This document shows positions 1-12,004 of a stretch of DNA of 64,000 nucleotides, piece by piece. Under the pieces are notes generated by a model. It did not search any database, was not told the DNA's origin, and was given only the letters and a program-made list of their open reading frames with translations. The first letter of the stretch is position 1. Each line of letters begins with the position of its first letter. A program made the position numbers and the translations under genes. This stretch comes from Saccostrea cucullata (taxonomy: Eukaryota), in contig NW_026927402.1 of assembly GCF_032062105.1 (NCBI RefSeq), forward strand, positions 124,001 through 188,000, read 5' to 3'.

Positions 1-909
1 ATAAATTGATTCTTCTTGGTACAAAGTCCCTAAATGGGAATTTAATTAAGGGAAGAAAAGACATCATTCCAAAATTTATCATGTTTGTGATGACAATTAT
101 TACATTTTACTATTGAATAATGAGTATCTGATTGTGTGGTTTATCCCCTAGGTGTGCACATGTACTATCTCAAAATTCTAGGCTGTTGATAAAAAGCATT
201 GAAAAGTTTAATATGCCTGTCATCAGTGGTCATTTGGAAATTTTCTACTTTAACCTTGACTTAATTTTCATTTAGCACAGGGTTCTTTTATCTGTCCAGC
301 ATGCAACTTTAAATTGATGCTAAAACCTATAATCAGGGGGATTGATTTCTCTGATGCACAGTAAAAATAAAGTCTAAATGAAAGTGTTTTAATACTGGTA
401 TATATAATATTATATATTTAAATTTATTCAAACAAAAATTGATTAACTTTTTAAATCTTCAGCTTATTTTTGCATCTATTGCTATAAAAAGTTTGGAGTG
501 TTTGTTACAGGAACAAGCTAAAATCCATTGCAAGACATTTATCATACACCTTCACATACCACCCTGGTCAATCCCAGTATCAAGCTCTGCAAATATTCTC
601 TGATAGAATTACATCTGTATATCAAGTTTGACACATTCAAGTACAAAATAATGCTGTGTCATACTGAGAAAGCATTCATCAACATTGGTATCTATCTCAG
701 CTAAGACAAGGAAGCCATGTCAGTCTTGTTTAAATAGTAAATATATCTTAACTTCCTCAGATGCCTAGATTCAATTGCATTTTTCAGAACTGCAAATGGA
801 GGCTCAATATAGATGAAATAAGAGATAACAAATAGTATTCTAGCTCAAAAGTCCAAACAATATAAAGCAGAGGCAAAGGAAAGATGGACCTAAACACTAG
901 GCCTGGCCA

Positions 910-1040
910 CCTGGGGGCCAAAAAACTTAGACGAACTCTTTTTTTTTTTTATCTCAGTCTCACTTTTACCAAAGGAATATCTGGTGGAAAAGTGAGACTG
1001 AGATCAAAAGAGAGCTCATCGAAGTTTTATGACCCCCAGG
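910..1040. mobile_element. Short foldback (hairpin) MITE-like element
   Basis: Imperfect inverted repeat: CCTGGGGG..AAACTT..ATCTCAGTCTCACTTTT versus AAAAGTGAGACTGAGAT..AAGTTT..CCCCCAGG around a short loop. No clear target-site duplication (TSD). Confidence 0.55.
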
Positions 1041-1208
1041 CCTCAGAGGCTTGAGCAGGAGCCATGGAAAAGGTGAGCATCTCAAGCCACCTGGTCACAC
1101 TCGCCATGTACTCTGTGTCATGATTGGATGATATATACTTTATATGAGCCTCTGAAGTGATGCAGATTATTCGGGCACATCTCCTTTTGTAGGGAAACAC
1201 AACATTTA

Positions 1209-1394
1209 CAGTGGAGCCTCATTTATCCAGACACTTTGGTTCCCAGCCAATCGTCCAGATATTTGAAGCATCAGGATATCTGAATCACCAATTAAACAAG
1301 ACAAAATAACATTAAAGAATTTCGTTCCCATGAAAAATCATCCTGATACTGAAGCATCCGGATATCTGGCGTACGGATATCTGAAGGTCCACTG
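1209..1394. mobile_element. Tc1/mariner (pogo-like) MITE
   Basis: Termini CAGTGGA...TCCACTG, flanked by TA on both sides; internal GGATATCTG repeats. Confidence 0.7.
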
Positions 1395-1412
1395 TATATT
1401 TATTTCAATATA

Positions 1413-1620
1413 CTGTAGATCACTAAATTTTCGCGACACCTTATTTTCGCGAGATAGTTCTTGACTCTTTATTAGCGAGACATAATTTTCACGAGTTGTT
1501 GTTTTTCCTCTATATAATCGTAAGGAATACTTTTAAACGCGAGAATGAAATTTTCGCGAGCTCTTTGTCTCGCGTAATTACGCGAAAATTAAGTTCTCGC
1601 GAATAAAACGTGATTTACAG
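1413..1620. mobile_element. TA-flanked MITE
   Basis: Terminal inverted repeats (TIRs) CTGTAGATCAC / GTGATTTACAG with TA flanks; many TCGCGA subterminal motifs. Confidence 0.75.
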
Positions 1621-4600
1621 TATATGTTTGCAAGTATTTCATTGGGATGCTTCACTAATCTGGACATTTTTGCTTGGGAACACAGATTAACAAGAGATGA
1701 CTCAATATGTATAAAAACTAGCTGAATCAAACTTAATAAGAAGCATCAAAATTCCTATTGTTTGTTTGTTTTATAAATGTCCCTTTGAGAGTTTTTAATT
1801 CACTCATATTGAGACACCAACCCTTTCTGATTCATAATGATTTGCCATTGTCTATAAATCTTTTAAACAATAGAAATTCAGTGAAAAATAAATGGTCCTT
1901 TTTCATTTGATCTGGTCCATCATCCTTTCTTCAAGCTTCAACATCTTGAAGATTTCATAGTTCACCAACTGAACACTTGACACAAACAAGTTCATTTCCA
2001 TCAACATAGAAACAGCCTTAACAAACAGACATAACTCCAATCATATGAATTACTGTAAATTTACCCCTATATTAACATGATTAATAACCTGTTTTGCTTT
2101 TTAATAAATGTTTTAGTTAAATCTTTAAACTGTTGCTTCTTCAAAGGCTTTCATGAATGTATATATGTACATAGGTAAATTCTTTGCCAAAAAATTAAAC
2201 CATGTAATTTAATCAGTGGCAAATAAATCTTGTGGGGTGAGCCTTATAGTTCACTGGTTTAAACTTATTTCACACTCCAATGGCAACTTGGCGGTAAATG
2301 TTTTAAATCAATGAAAATCTCATAAATTCAACACTTTATCAAAGTGATCAATATTTATTGACATTTCAGAGCTAACAAATTCATCCCAATGCCCACCATT
2401 AGCAAATGAAATCATTACGCTCCTTCAGAACTCCATAATTTTCTGCAATCATGGAGATAAATGCAATGAAAGAAGAAGTGAGATGTCAACACAATTTATT
2501 TCTTTTTTTTTCCCCTTAGCATGCCTTTTTTGCATACAGTAGCTGAGTGCAAAGTGTGTAACCATATGACATGCAATGCAGTTTGCTCAATAATCAAGCA
2601 GTGTCAACTTTAACCACTAGATCTCTTCATCTCAGCAATCCCCTATAGGAATCTACCACGATCACAAGCTACAAAATGCAATCAAGACCAGGACTCAAGG
2701 TCTCGAATTTACATAACTGCGGCAGAAGTCCAGCTCACTCGCACAATCTGAATAACGTTAGTCAATATATAATTTAATCATCCATACAGCCCAAACTAAC
2801 CGAACTGAAATCTACAAGAACAATGACCTATCCGTATCCCGCTATTTCCAATAATGAAGAAAATTTGGAATTTTTACGAGTTCCTCCAATATCAGCAGTA
2901 TAAAGCTCCCCCGCTAATGGGTGCCGAGGCTTCATATTAAATTCGTTACGACCTAGATGAGCTTCGTCTTAAAAAAGATCCTGTCCCATTAGAGGTTCCA
3001 ACAGGAATATATGGGATATGCTTATTGGAATATTACATTTATTTCAAAAAGTTAATCAAATCTGTAAATCTTCCTTGTGATGACATTTAGTACACAAGTA
3101 TTCATAATAATAAATTTAATTAAAGTCTTCTAATCAACCAGGATTAATTCTTGGATGTCCTGTTATTTTGATATTTTTTTTAATGTATCAGATGCCGCCA
3201 CCTTAAAAAACTGTTAAGCTGACCCTGACTGACTAACTAAAAATCACCCAACTCAAAATTTTTTTTTTACCTGATGTAAACTTACATTCCATGATACAAT
3301 ATTTTTTCCCCTTTTTTGTTAAATCTTCTTATCCTGTCAACAAATATGTTGAAATTATCTGGAAAATTATTTTCCCATCTACCTTCCAATAATATTTAAC
3401 CCAATAATTTTATCCGAGTCAGGAGAGGGCATGCAAGCAAACATTATGGCCCAGATAGAGAAAAATCCTTTAAAGACTTAAATCCTCAGTCTTCACCAAA
3501 AACATGAAAAAGAAAAGAGGTGATGATCATCTCTGTTATACTATTATTTCTTAATCATAATCTCTATTTCTGTACTTTGCCCACTGAACCTCAACCTCAA
3601 TCTTAATTTGCAAAGGGGATAATTTTCTGCAGTTGCTGAATTCTGTCCTAGTGGAGTTCATAATATAATTCATGAAAAATTAGTGCACTAATAAATGGAT
3701 TACAAGTGTAATATTGTCTGCTAATGGTTACACCTAATCATGTTAATTGCAGAATCAGTTATCATGAATCATTAGAGCCTCATTCATTGTGAGACTGAGA
3801 AAAGTATCCCAATGTATTACAACATTGATATTTCTGAATCAGAAAAAAATTGCAATTTATAAATGCACATCATATACACATTCTTTATCATGATTATATG
3901 ACACACATTTATATCAAGATTTTACATAAAATTTGCTGCCATATGCTGTTTTTTTTTCTTCATATTTTCAAAAAATATTTTCTTTATTTTATTTTAAAGA
4001 AGGAAGATGCAGATTTTAATTCTATTACTCTTCTATTTCATAAATATTTTAAATAATAACTTAGGTAAATAATACATGGTGTAAGATATCTTAAATGATA
4101 ACTAACAGATGGTCAGATGTCTTGAACTATACAAACATCTTATACCTGGAAAGATAAAAACTGACCATTATAATTCTTATCATTGATATTTCAATTGATC
4201 ATCCTTCATATCCATTCCTTACATAAATGAGTGATGGCACTTCTACATGTGCCTCCTAATTATAAGCCAGCAGCCTTTTAAAACCCTCACTGGGCTTCAT
4301 TAGATACAGCATAATCAGGTATTCATTACACAAAAAAACCTTGTGTTTCACAGCAGAGAAGAAATGTAAATATTCCCAAAAGACAATAAGAACTGCTGTA
4401 AGTGGGGAGGATTCCTGTATAACTGGAGCCCCCTGTTTTTGTTTACATTAAGGTGGTATTTCTCTGCTGTACAATTAACCGGCTGATTAAGTTGGAGTGC
4501 CAGAACCTACTGCAGCAGCTGAGGAGGAGAGTCTCTATGTTTACATAGCGAATCACTGAACTGAGGCTCTAAATACCACACATTCAAAATGTAGGACAGC

Positions 4601-4964
4601 AAGTGATAATCAACACTGATTAATACAACAGAATGTATACTTGCTTCCATGTACTATTTACTGTAATCAATGTTAATTAAGAGGTGCACAGGCATTACCT
4701 TTAATATTGCAAAAAATGCTATGCTACCAATTAAGCTATGCAATTTTACTTATAGTAATTTGTGAACTGAACAGATGCTTTGAAAAATGAAGAAGTAGGT
4801 TTTTCACTTTTTGACTTATTTGACACACAAACACTATTCCTTTTTTTTTTTTTGAAAATCATTATATGTATTAATTTATGAATCAATATTCAAACAATGT
4901 TCAATGTGTAATTAACTCAGCAATTAGAAATAATTGATTTTGAACTGGTTGGTGGGATATTGGT

Positions 4965-5690
4965 AAGGTTGTGAGATGTTAGACTTAAGTGAGATGTTGA
5001 ATAGGTTGCGAGATGTTAAACAAGTTATGAGATGTTCGACTGGTTATGAGATGATCATAGATAGGTTGTGAGATGTAAAAATGGACTGGTTGTGAGATAT
5101 AGAATAGGTTGTTGAGATGTTGGACAGGTTGTGACAATTAAAATTGTTGGACAGGTTGCCATGAAATGTTAAATTCACAATTTTGAGATGTAAGACATAT
5201 TGCTTATGTGAGATTAGGAAAGGTTTTGAGATGTTGGACTATTTACCTAATAAATCAGATGTTAAGAGAAAATGGTTTTGAGATTATAACCAGTTGTGCA
5301 GGTTGTGAGATGTAGGCCACAGATTGTCAAAATTTTGCAAATTTTATCATAAAATGGTTGTGATATAAAGACATGATTTCAAAGCATTAATTTATTGTGA
5401 GATGTTGGACAGGTTAAAAGATGTAGGACAGGTTGTGAGATGTTGGACTGGTTGTGAGATGTTGGACTGGTTGTGAGATGGAAAAGGTTGTGAGATGTTG
5501 CATTTTGTAGAGATGTTGGACTGGTTGTGAGATGTTGGACAGGTTGTGAGATGTTTGACTGGTTGTGAGATGTTGGACTGGTTGTGAGATGTTGGACTGG
5601 TTGTGAGATGTTGGACAGGTTGTGAGATGTTGGACAGGTTGTGAGATGTTGGACTGGTTGTGAGATGTTGGACAGGTTGTGAGATCTATG
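4965..5690. repeat. 19-bp minisatellite (GGTTGTGAGATGTTGGAC[A/T])n
   Basis: Degenerate copies from ~4965 and a near-perfect array at 5395-5685; the array resumes at 7360-7475. Confidence 0.9.
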
Positions 5691-5802
5691 TACTTGGACC
5701 TATGACACCAGATGACTACTTTATGTGTTTAGTTAGTTTTTAATCCCCAGAAGCAGAGAAGAATTTTTCTTTTAATAAAAAACATTTACACATATGAATA
5801 AT

Positions 5803-7358
5803 AAACAAGAACCCCTCGAAACCCGCCAAAATTGGATTTTGGTAAGTAGGTCATCACTTGTATTTTACGTTAAACTCCGTCAAAGAAGAAATTTTCAACC
5901 ATAATATTTTCTATATAATCTATATAGTCTGCCCTAGCTAGGGCTAAACTTACGGACACTGCAGCCAGGAAGGCGCAATACTTGTGTCACAATTCAATTT
6001 TTTGAAAATCGATACAATCAAACTCGACTATTCATAAGGCTAAAGAAAACATATTCAGATTAAAAAAAAAAAAAGCAAAAGGTGATACAATAGAGAGAGA
6101 TACTACCAGTGAAATTCAAAAGGAAAGCCCTTTTGGGCTAGTGGCAATATATTTGTGCGATTTATTTTTAAAAATAACCGGCAAAAATTAAAATAAAACT
6201 TATGTCCAAAAAAATTATCATAGAAAAAGTCAATACAAGGTAATTCTTTTTTCAAAATAAAGTTTAATTTCTATTAAAATTAATTTCGATAAATTAATGA
6301 TTAATAAAGAAAATAAAAATATTTAAAAAAATTATCTGATGATCTTAATTTCCTTTTCTGATCATTTGCAACTAATTTAGAATGAAATTAAATTCCTTTT
6401 GTTTTCACATTAAATTATTAAATACACTAGAAATGTATTTTATGTGAATCACAAAACACTGATCTTTATTGATGCCCTGATTGAGCGCTATAATTCAATG
6501 AGATATATGCCTTTATTTACACGTGTGTGGGGGGGGGGGATCCAAAAAAACGATCGTTTTTGGAAGTAAATAAGTCAATTAGTACTGCAAATTGAAAATA
6601 ATTGAGATTTATTGACAGTAGGAGCATTTGGAAAATATTCACTGGTTGGGAATTTGATAGCAAAAAATACCATATGTTTTTCATGTATTACATGCTTATA
6701 TTATCGTTTTTATATTAATATACTTTTGTTAATTGCACATCCTTGACTACCTGTGGTTCCAATTAAGAGCACTTTATTCATATATAGCATATGGCTGCCT
6801 GATGAAACGTTGCCGTCTATTTTTTCCCTTGTGTGTGTCAAATTAAAATAGATGATTTGTTATTGATTTTTCAAAGAGTTAACCAAACCCGATTATAAAA
6901 AAAATTGTATCGAACCGAAAATCGAGATGGTGAATAGAATATTGAACCGAGCAATTATAGAACAATATCGATATTTCGGTAATTTATAAGCCCTAGTGCA
7001 CAAAAACATTTTTCCCAGGGGCCATTTTTCACAATTTCTATAATCGAAATATTCATTAAAATTTGCCAAGAATTTGACTGCTTGATCACCACAAAAGAAG
7101 ATTTTTAAAGATTGCAATAATTTTGATGGTTTTGGCCCCACCCCTCAGGCCCCAGGGGGGCGGGGACCATAAAATTCACAATTTTTGTTTCCCTTCACCC
7201 ATAAATGCTGTATACCAAATTTGGTTGAAATTGGTTAAGTGGTTTCAGAGAAGAAGCTGAAAATGTTCAAATGTTAACACACGACGGACAACGAACGACG
7301 GACGACGACGGACAAAAACAGATAGCAATAGGTCACCTGAGTTACTCAGGTGACCTAA
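5803..7358 (-). mobile_element. Helentron-associated non-autonomous element (HINE-like) with an internal insertion
   Basis: On the minus strand: palindrome AGGTCACCTGAGTAACTCAGGTGACCT followed by a GTCC/GTC microsatellite and a TTCTTCTCTGAAACCAC unit, ending TCTTGTTT near 5803. An internal segment ~5938-6996 is bounded by CTAGGGCT...AGCCCTAG inverted repeats. Confidence 0.6.
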
Positions 7359-8100
7359 AAATGGACTGGTTGTGAGATATAGAACAGGTTGTGAGATGTT
7401 GGACAGGTTAAAAGATGTAGGACAGGTTGTGAGATGTTGGACTGGTTGTGAGATGTTGGACTGGTTGTGAGATGTACTTGGACCTATGACACCAGATGAC
7501 TTTATGTGTTTCTTGGTTTTTTTTTTTTTTTTTTTTTTTTTTACATCAGAAAGCTGTACAACAGACAGCTTTACATTCAGATAAAACTGTAAGATACATT
7601 TTACTGATACAACTGAACTTTGTATCTCAAACTCTATCTCAAATACCCTTGATACGTCGAAGTGATATGTGGAAGTCCCAACTACATTTTCTTTAAGCAT
7701 TTTACCCTCAATATCTCAAATCCTCTGATATCACAAAGTTGTACCTCAGCCCCATCAAATTTGAGATTTAACAAAGTTTGACTGTAGTGTTCAAGCTTTT
7801 CCGGTCTTTGACCGGTAGGGCAAAATATGAAGTGTCTGTGTGTAATCCCCTACTTTACTGTGCCTATTAGAATACCGGTAGTACTATTACCTTAATTGAT
7901 GTCAACAGCAAATTTCCACATAAATAGATGTAGATAAATTCATCAAATTGAGTACTCAGTCTCTTAATACTATAAAAACAAAGAGGGAACACAATAACAA
8001 GGCTCTCACCTCACAATGTAATGCAGTTATTGTTTCCTTTGTACTTATGGATCAAATTAAATTAAGCATTGATTCATTCTTAATGTTAGATCATTTATTT

Positions 8101-8225
8101 TGTGCCGGTTAGACGGTTTTGATCGCTTGTGGTTAGATAGCTAAGTTGGTACCATAGAGCACTTGTCTGGAGATTCTGTATGTGGATCTAGGTTCAAATC
8201 CTGGATTGGTCCATGGCTGTTATAT
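8101..8225 (+). mobile_element. Degenerate copy of the tRNA-containing mini-element at 22756-22894
   Basis: Collinear similarity: TGTGCCGGTTAGACGGTTTTGATCGC..GGTTAGATAGCTAAGTTGGT..AGAGCAC..GGTTCAAATCCTGGATTGGTCC. Confidence 0.65.
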
Positions 8226-8320
8226 GAAGTGATAAAATCTAGGACAACAAATTTTCGGTGCAACACTTGATAGATATAGCTACATGCAGCAATTAAAGAA
8301 CCACATTAAGTGTTTTAATT

Positions 8321-9035
8321 CAGGGATTTATCAAGGCTGTTTTTACTACCGGTAAACGGTACCTTTCCCCTCTTGAAAAAGGTGAAAAATTCCCCTTTTT
8401 CAGATAGAAAATTCTCCGATTAAACGGAGAATATTTAAAACATTGTACTGAAATTTTCCATTTTTGTCCGATTAAAGGTTAACAGCATATCCTAACTCAC
8501 CATCCTAGTCATTCAAACGCTTTTGAAAGAGAGAGTAGATTATTCAAGCTTCCATTTGATATTGATCGGTAAACATGTGCCATGTCCATGATGTCGAAAT
8601 ATACGCTGCGATTGCAGAGTTGAGAAAAGTGTAGATGAGTAAGACGGAGCTTAAATCACTATAAATCGGAAGAATGGAGTAACAACAAAAACAATGTTAG
8701 TAGTGAAACATGAAAAACAGAATTGATTTGTGATAGATATTGAGAGAAAAAATTAAATAAAGTACTGACCTAGTTAAATTTTTTTTTTTTGTTATTTAAT
8801 ATTTTGTCTCAAAAGTGAAGTTTTTGTGGCCTTTGTAAAGGTCTACAAATGACCCTCGGAAGCTCTAAGAATGCAGGATTTTGCTCCATTTATTTAAAAA
8901 TTTTCCGGGGGGGGGCATGCCCCCGGACCCCCCTAGAATACTCGCGCCTCTGGCTCTCAGATCGAGCCTGCGGCTCTCATTTTTCCCCTTTACATATAAA
9001 ACGGTAGTAAAACAAAATAGCTAGATAAATCCCTG
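8321..9035. mobile_element. Non-autonomous TIR DNA transposon (CAGGG termini, 5-bp TSD)
   Basis: TIR CAGGGATTTATC..TTTTACTACCG at both ends; TAATT directly repeated on both flanks. Confidence 0.8.
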
Positions 9036-9339
9036 TAATTGTGACAGCAGCAATTATTTATAATGAATCCTAACTAAAACATCAATTTCCTTTTACAGAG
9101 GATGGAGGAAGAATTTATAGTTTTTGATTAAGCTGAAGTTAATATAATAATTATAATATTATACCAGACGTAACTTCCATTGTGAAAAAAGTATCTTGAC
9201 TTCCTTCACTTTTCCAGTTTGTAGTTGTGGACAAGCACCTTGATTCTTTTGAAATTTTTATTTAATGAAATTTATTTTTCACTCATCAAATATTGAAAAT
9301 AACCTGATAACATGAAATACATCTGGATAATTATGAAAT

Positions 9340-9485
9340 ATATGGAGATAATGAACAGTGCGCAAGCACAAAAGTCTATTAAACAATACAAAATAGGAGC
9401 ACAGGAATCACAAAACATCAGAGGTGGGATCAGGTGCTATGGAGGAGTGAGCTTCCCCTGCTGGCCGGTCACACCTGCCATGTGA
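9340..9485. repeat. Fragment of a dispersed repeat family
   Basis: ATATGGAGATAA..AAAATAGGAGCACA..GAGGTGGGATCAGGTGC..GGTCACACC. Related fragments lie at ~1055-1110, ~18555-18690 and, inverted, at ~33535-33590. Confidence 0.55.
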
Positions 9486-10440
9486 TATAGTTTAATACTA
9501 GTAAAAACATTCATTTTTTGAGCATGATATCAAATTTCAAGGCATCTAGGCATCATTATTAAAAAGCTTCTTTGTTGGGGGGGGGGATGTCTGTAAACTT
9601 TTCAGGGCTTTTTTTAAGATTTAAAAAAAAACAGATGGTACTATCTATACAAAAAAAATAGGGGGCACCTTGTGAAACTTTCAAACATGTTATTGAAATT
9701 CACTGCTTTGAAAGAGTGTCATTGACCAGAGTGTAATCTGTGTATCAGTTGTAGTATCTAGTAAATTTATACATAATATATAAATTAATTTATGTCTGTT
9801 TAATAATCATTTATGTAATATGCCCAAAAGGGCCCTGATCTGGAATAATAAATATATTCTATTCTATAATAAACAAATAAAATCTTACAGGAGGATGGTT
9901 CTGCTGCCAATATATTGATTTACAGTTTTCAACTAGACTTTATGCTTTTTTTCTAATTTGATACTTTGTATTATAACATAAAAAAAAGTCAGTAACACAT
10001 TTTACATGTACTTTATATAACATAAATTTCTTAACACTGGGAGATGCCAGCAGTCCGTAGTGTTTAAAAGCAGATGCGTAACACCTGAACTTACAATAAC
10101 TGTGCATTATCTTTGATCCGCCACCGAAAAATTATAAACATGTGCAACCAATTTTTCAAAACAATAACAGCGAGAGAAAATGGAGCACATTAAAATTCCA
10201 CACGTAAACAACAATAATATAATATCTTATTTTGTATGGTGACGTATTGTTTAGATACATTTAAATACTTAATAGTTAAAGATCATCTAGGTGAATTGTG
10301 GTTAAAAAACAAAACCCACCATATTCCATGCAGTATCATCAACAACAAGGCTGGGAGCACAAAATCATCAGAACCCGCTGACCATCTCCTTTTGAATACA
10401 ACAATGCCCGGCATCTTAAATCCTGCACAAAATTAATCAC

Positions 10441-10493
10441 TTGCATCGTCCGTAAATTCCACAGAAGAAATTTAAGCTGTAACACTTCGACAT
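10441..10493 (-). CDS. Putative first coding exon of an unidentified minus-strand gene (MSKCYSLNFFCGIYGRC...)
   Basis: ATG at 10493, open to a GT donor (AA|GTGATT) at 10440. Lies in a CpG-rich patch with GC boxes upstream, while the DNA downstream (1-10 kb) looks CpG-poor like a gene body. No homology recognised. Confidence 0.35.
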
Positions 10494-10599
10494 AATGAAA
10501 GTAGGTCTCCGCGCTTCATCCACCGTGATTTTCTTACAGCCATTCAACAGACGATGTTTGTTCAGTGAGGTTGAACGCGGTTCGACTAATGACAGGAAA

Positions 10600-10805
10600 A
10601 TGGGGGAATCGAATACACGGGGAAATCTAGACTTTTTGTAAGATAAGTTAATTTGACAGGCTCCTATTTTCCACATTGATGAAACCGGTAGATCATTAAA
10701 TCCACGAAGTCTTTAAAAAAAATTGCTCACATGGGTCATTGGGAAAGGGGGAGGGGCACACGTGGATTTCGACTCATCCAGAGGGGCGGGGGCGGCGGCC
10801 ACCTC
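10600..10805 (-). promoter_or_regulatory. Putative promoter with GC boxes
   Basis: GGGGCGGGGGCGG at ~10783-10795, GGGGGAGGGG and a CACGTG E-box, in locally CpG-rich DNA. Confidence 0.35.
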
Positions 10806-10811
10806 ATTTAA

Positions 10812-12000
10812 AGGGTTTTTATCATGCATCATGATTTTTTGATATAACACGGTTTATACGCTATTAAAATCATCCATCAAATTTTTTTGGTTAGAAAAAT
10901 AATATTTTGGGTGTTTCAGCGATTCAAAGTTTAAATTTCTCAATATGCATATTTTGATCGCCGATGTTGCGCGCCATTGCTCTGACGTCATAGGTGTCAG
11001 TCCTGGTAAAGCGAAGTACTTATTGTGTTTACAAAACGACTCAATGGCTACGTCTTAAAACCTTACTAGAAATTAAATAAATGATAATTGGTTAATTGAT
11101 AGATAATTAGATATAATTTGTGGCGTTTGGATGAAAAATCAGCACAGAAAAGGTTTTAGGAAGTTTTTTTTACCTGCCAGGGACTTGGTCGGTGCGTGGA
11201 TTTGTTTCCATTCAGAGCATTCGTTAAAGTATGATCACAATTTTTTTCTGTATTATATAAAATATCTATTTGATGGAAATAGTATTTTTCAAAAAATAAT
11301 AATTTATCAAAAGGCATTTTGAAAGTCCGACACACACACATCATGCACTAGTCTATGTGTTGTGAAGTTCGTAATGGCGCACGGCGCCATTGAAGATCGA
11401 AGTGACCGTTTCTATCAAATGATGTTCATTGCTGGAACAGATAGAAGACACTCAAGATCTGTTTATGTATAATTTATTAAAATAACGAAGAAAGAAAACA
11501 TATAACGAAAATTTTTATAATTATTTAAGAAGTCAAACGTTAATAATCCGATCTATTCAGTCGAAGTCAGTTGTCATTAACGGCTTCGTCTTCAATGCCC
11601 TATCCTCCTTTCACGGTATGTATTTTGGTTTATTTACTGTTGTAGAAGTTAATACATATAATACTTAGCATCCATTGCCAATGTTATATTGTCAATTTTA
11701 AAATTTCTTCCAACCTAGTGGTGTATTCTTTTTATTTCATGCAAATATCTATAAGGTAGATGTTTTCTTACGATACGCTTTACGAGGTCTAATTGCCCAT
11801 TGACACCTATGATGTTTCAGTACCACATGACCCCTATCTAATTAGTGGAGATTTTTAATCTGAAGACCCTACATTACGGACATATTATGGCTTAAATACG
11901 ACAGTTTAAAACATTATTTTATAATTAAACGATAATTATATGTTACAAGAATATAATAGTGTTTAATTTTTAAGAAATTTCGTTGCGTGATAAAAACCCT
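10812..12000. mobile_element. Kolobok-type non-autonomous DNA transposon
   Basis: TIR AGGGTTTTTATCA.GCA at both ends; TTAA at 10808-10811 and 12001-12004. Confidence 0.8.
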
Positions 12001-12004
12001 TTAA

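Noticed and set aside
7245-7700. 151-aa minus-strand ORF
   Set aside because: Runs through a poly-T tract, the minisatellite and a HINE end; no coding signal.
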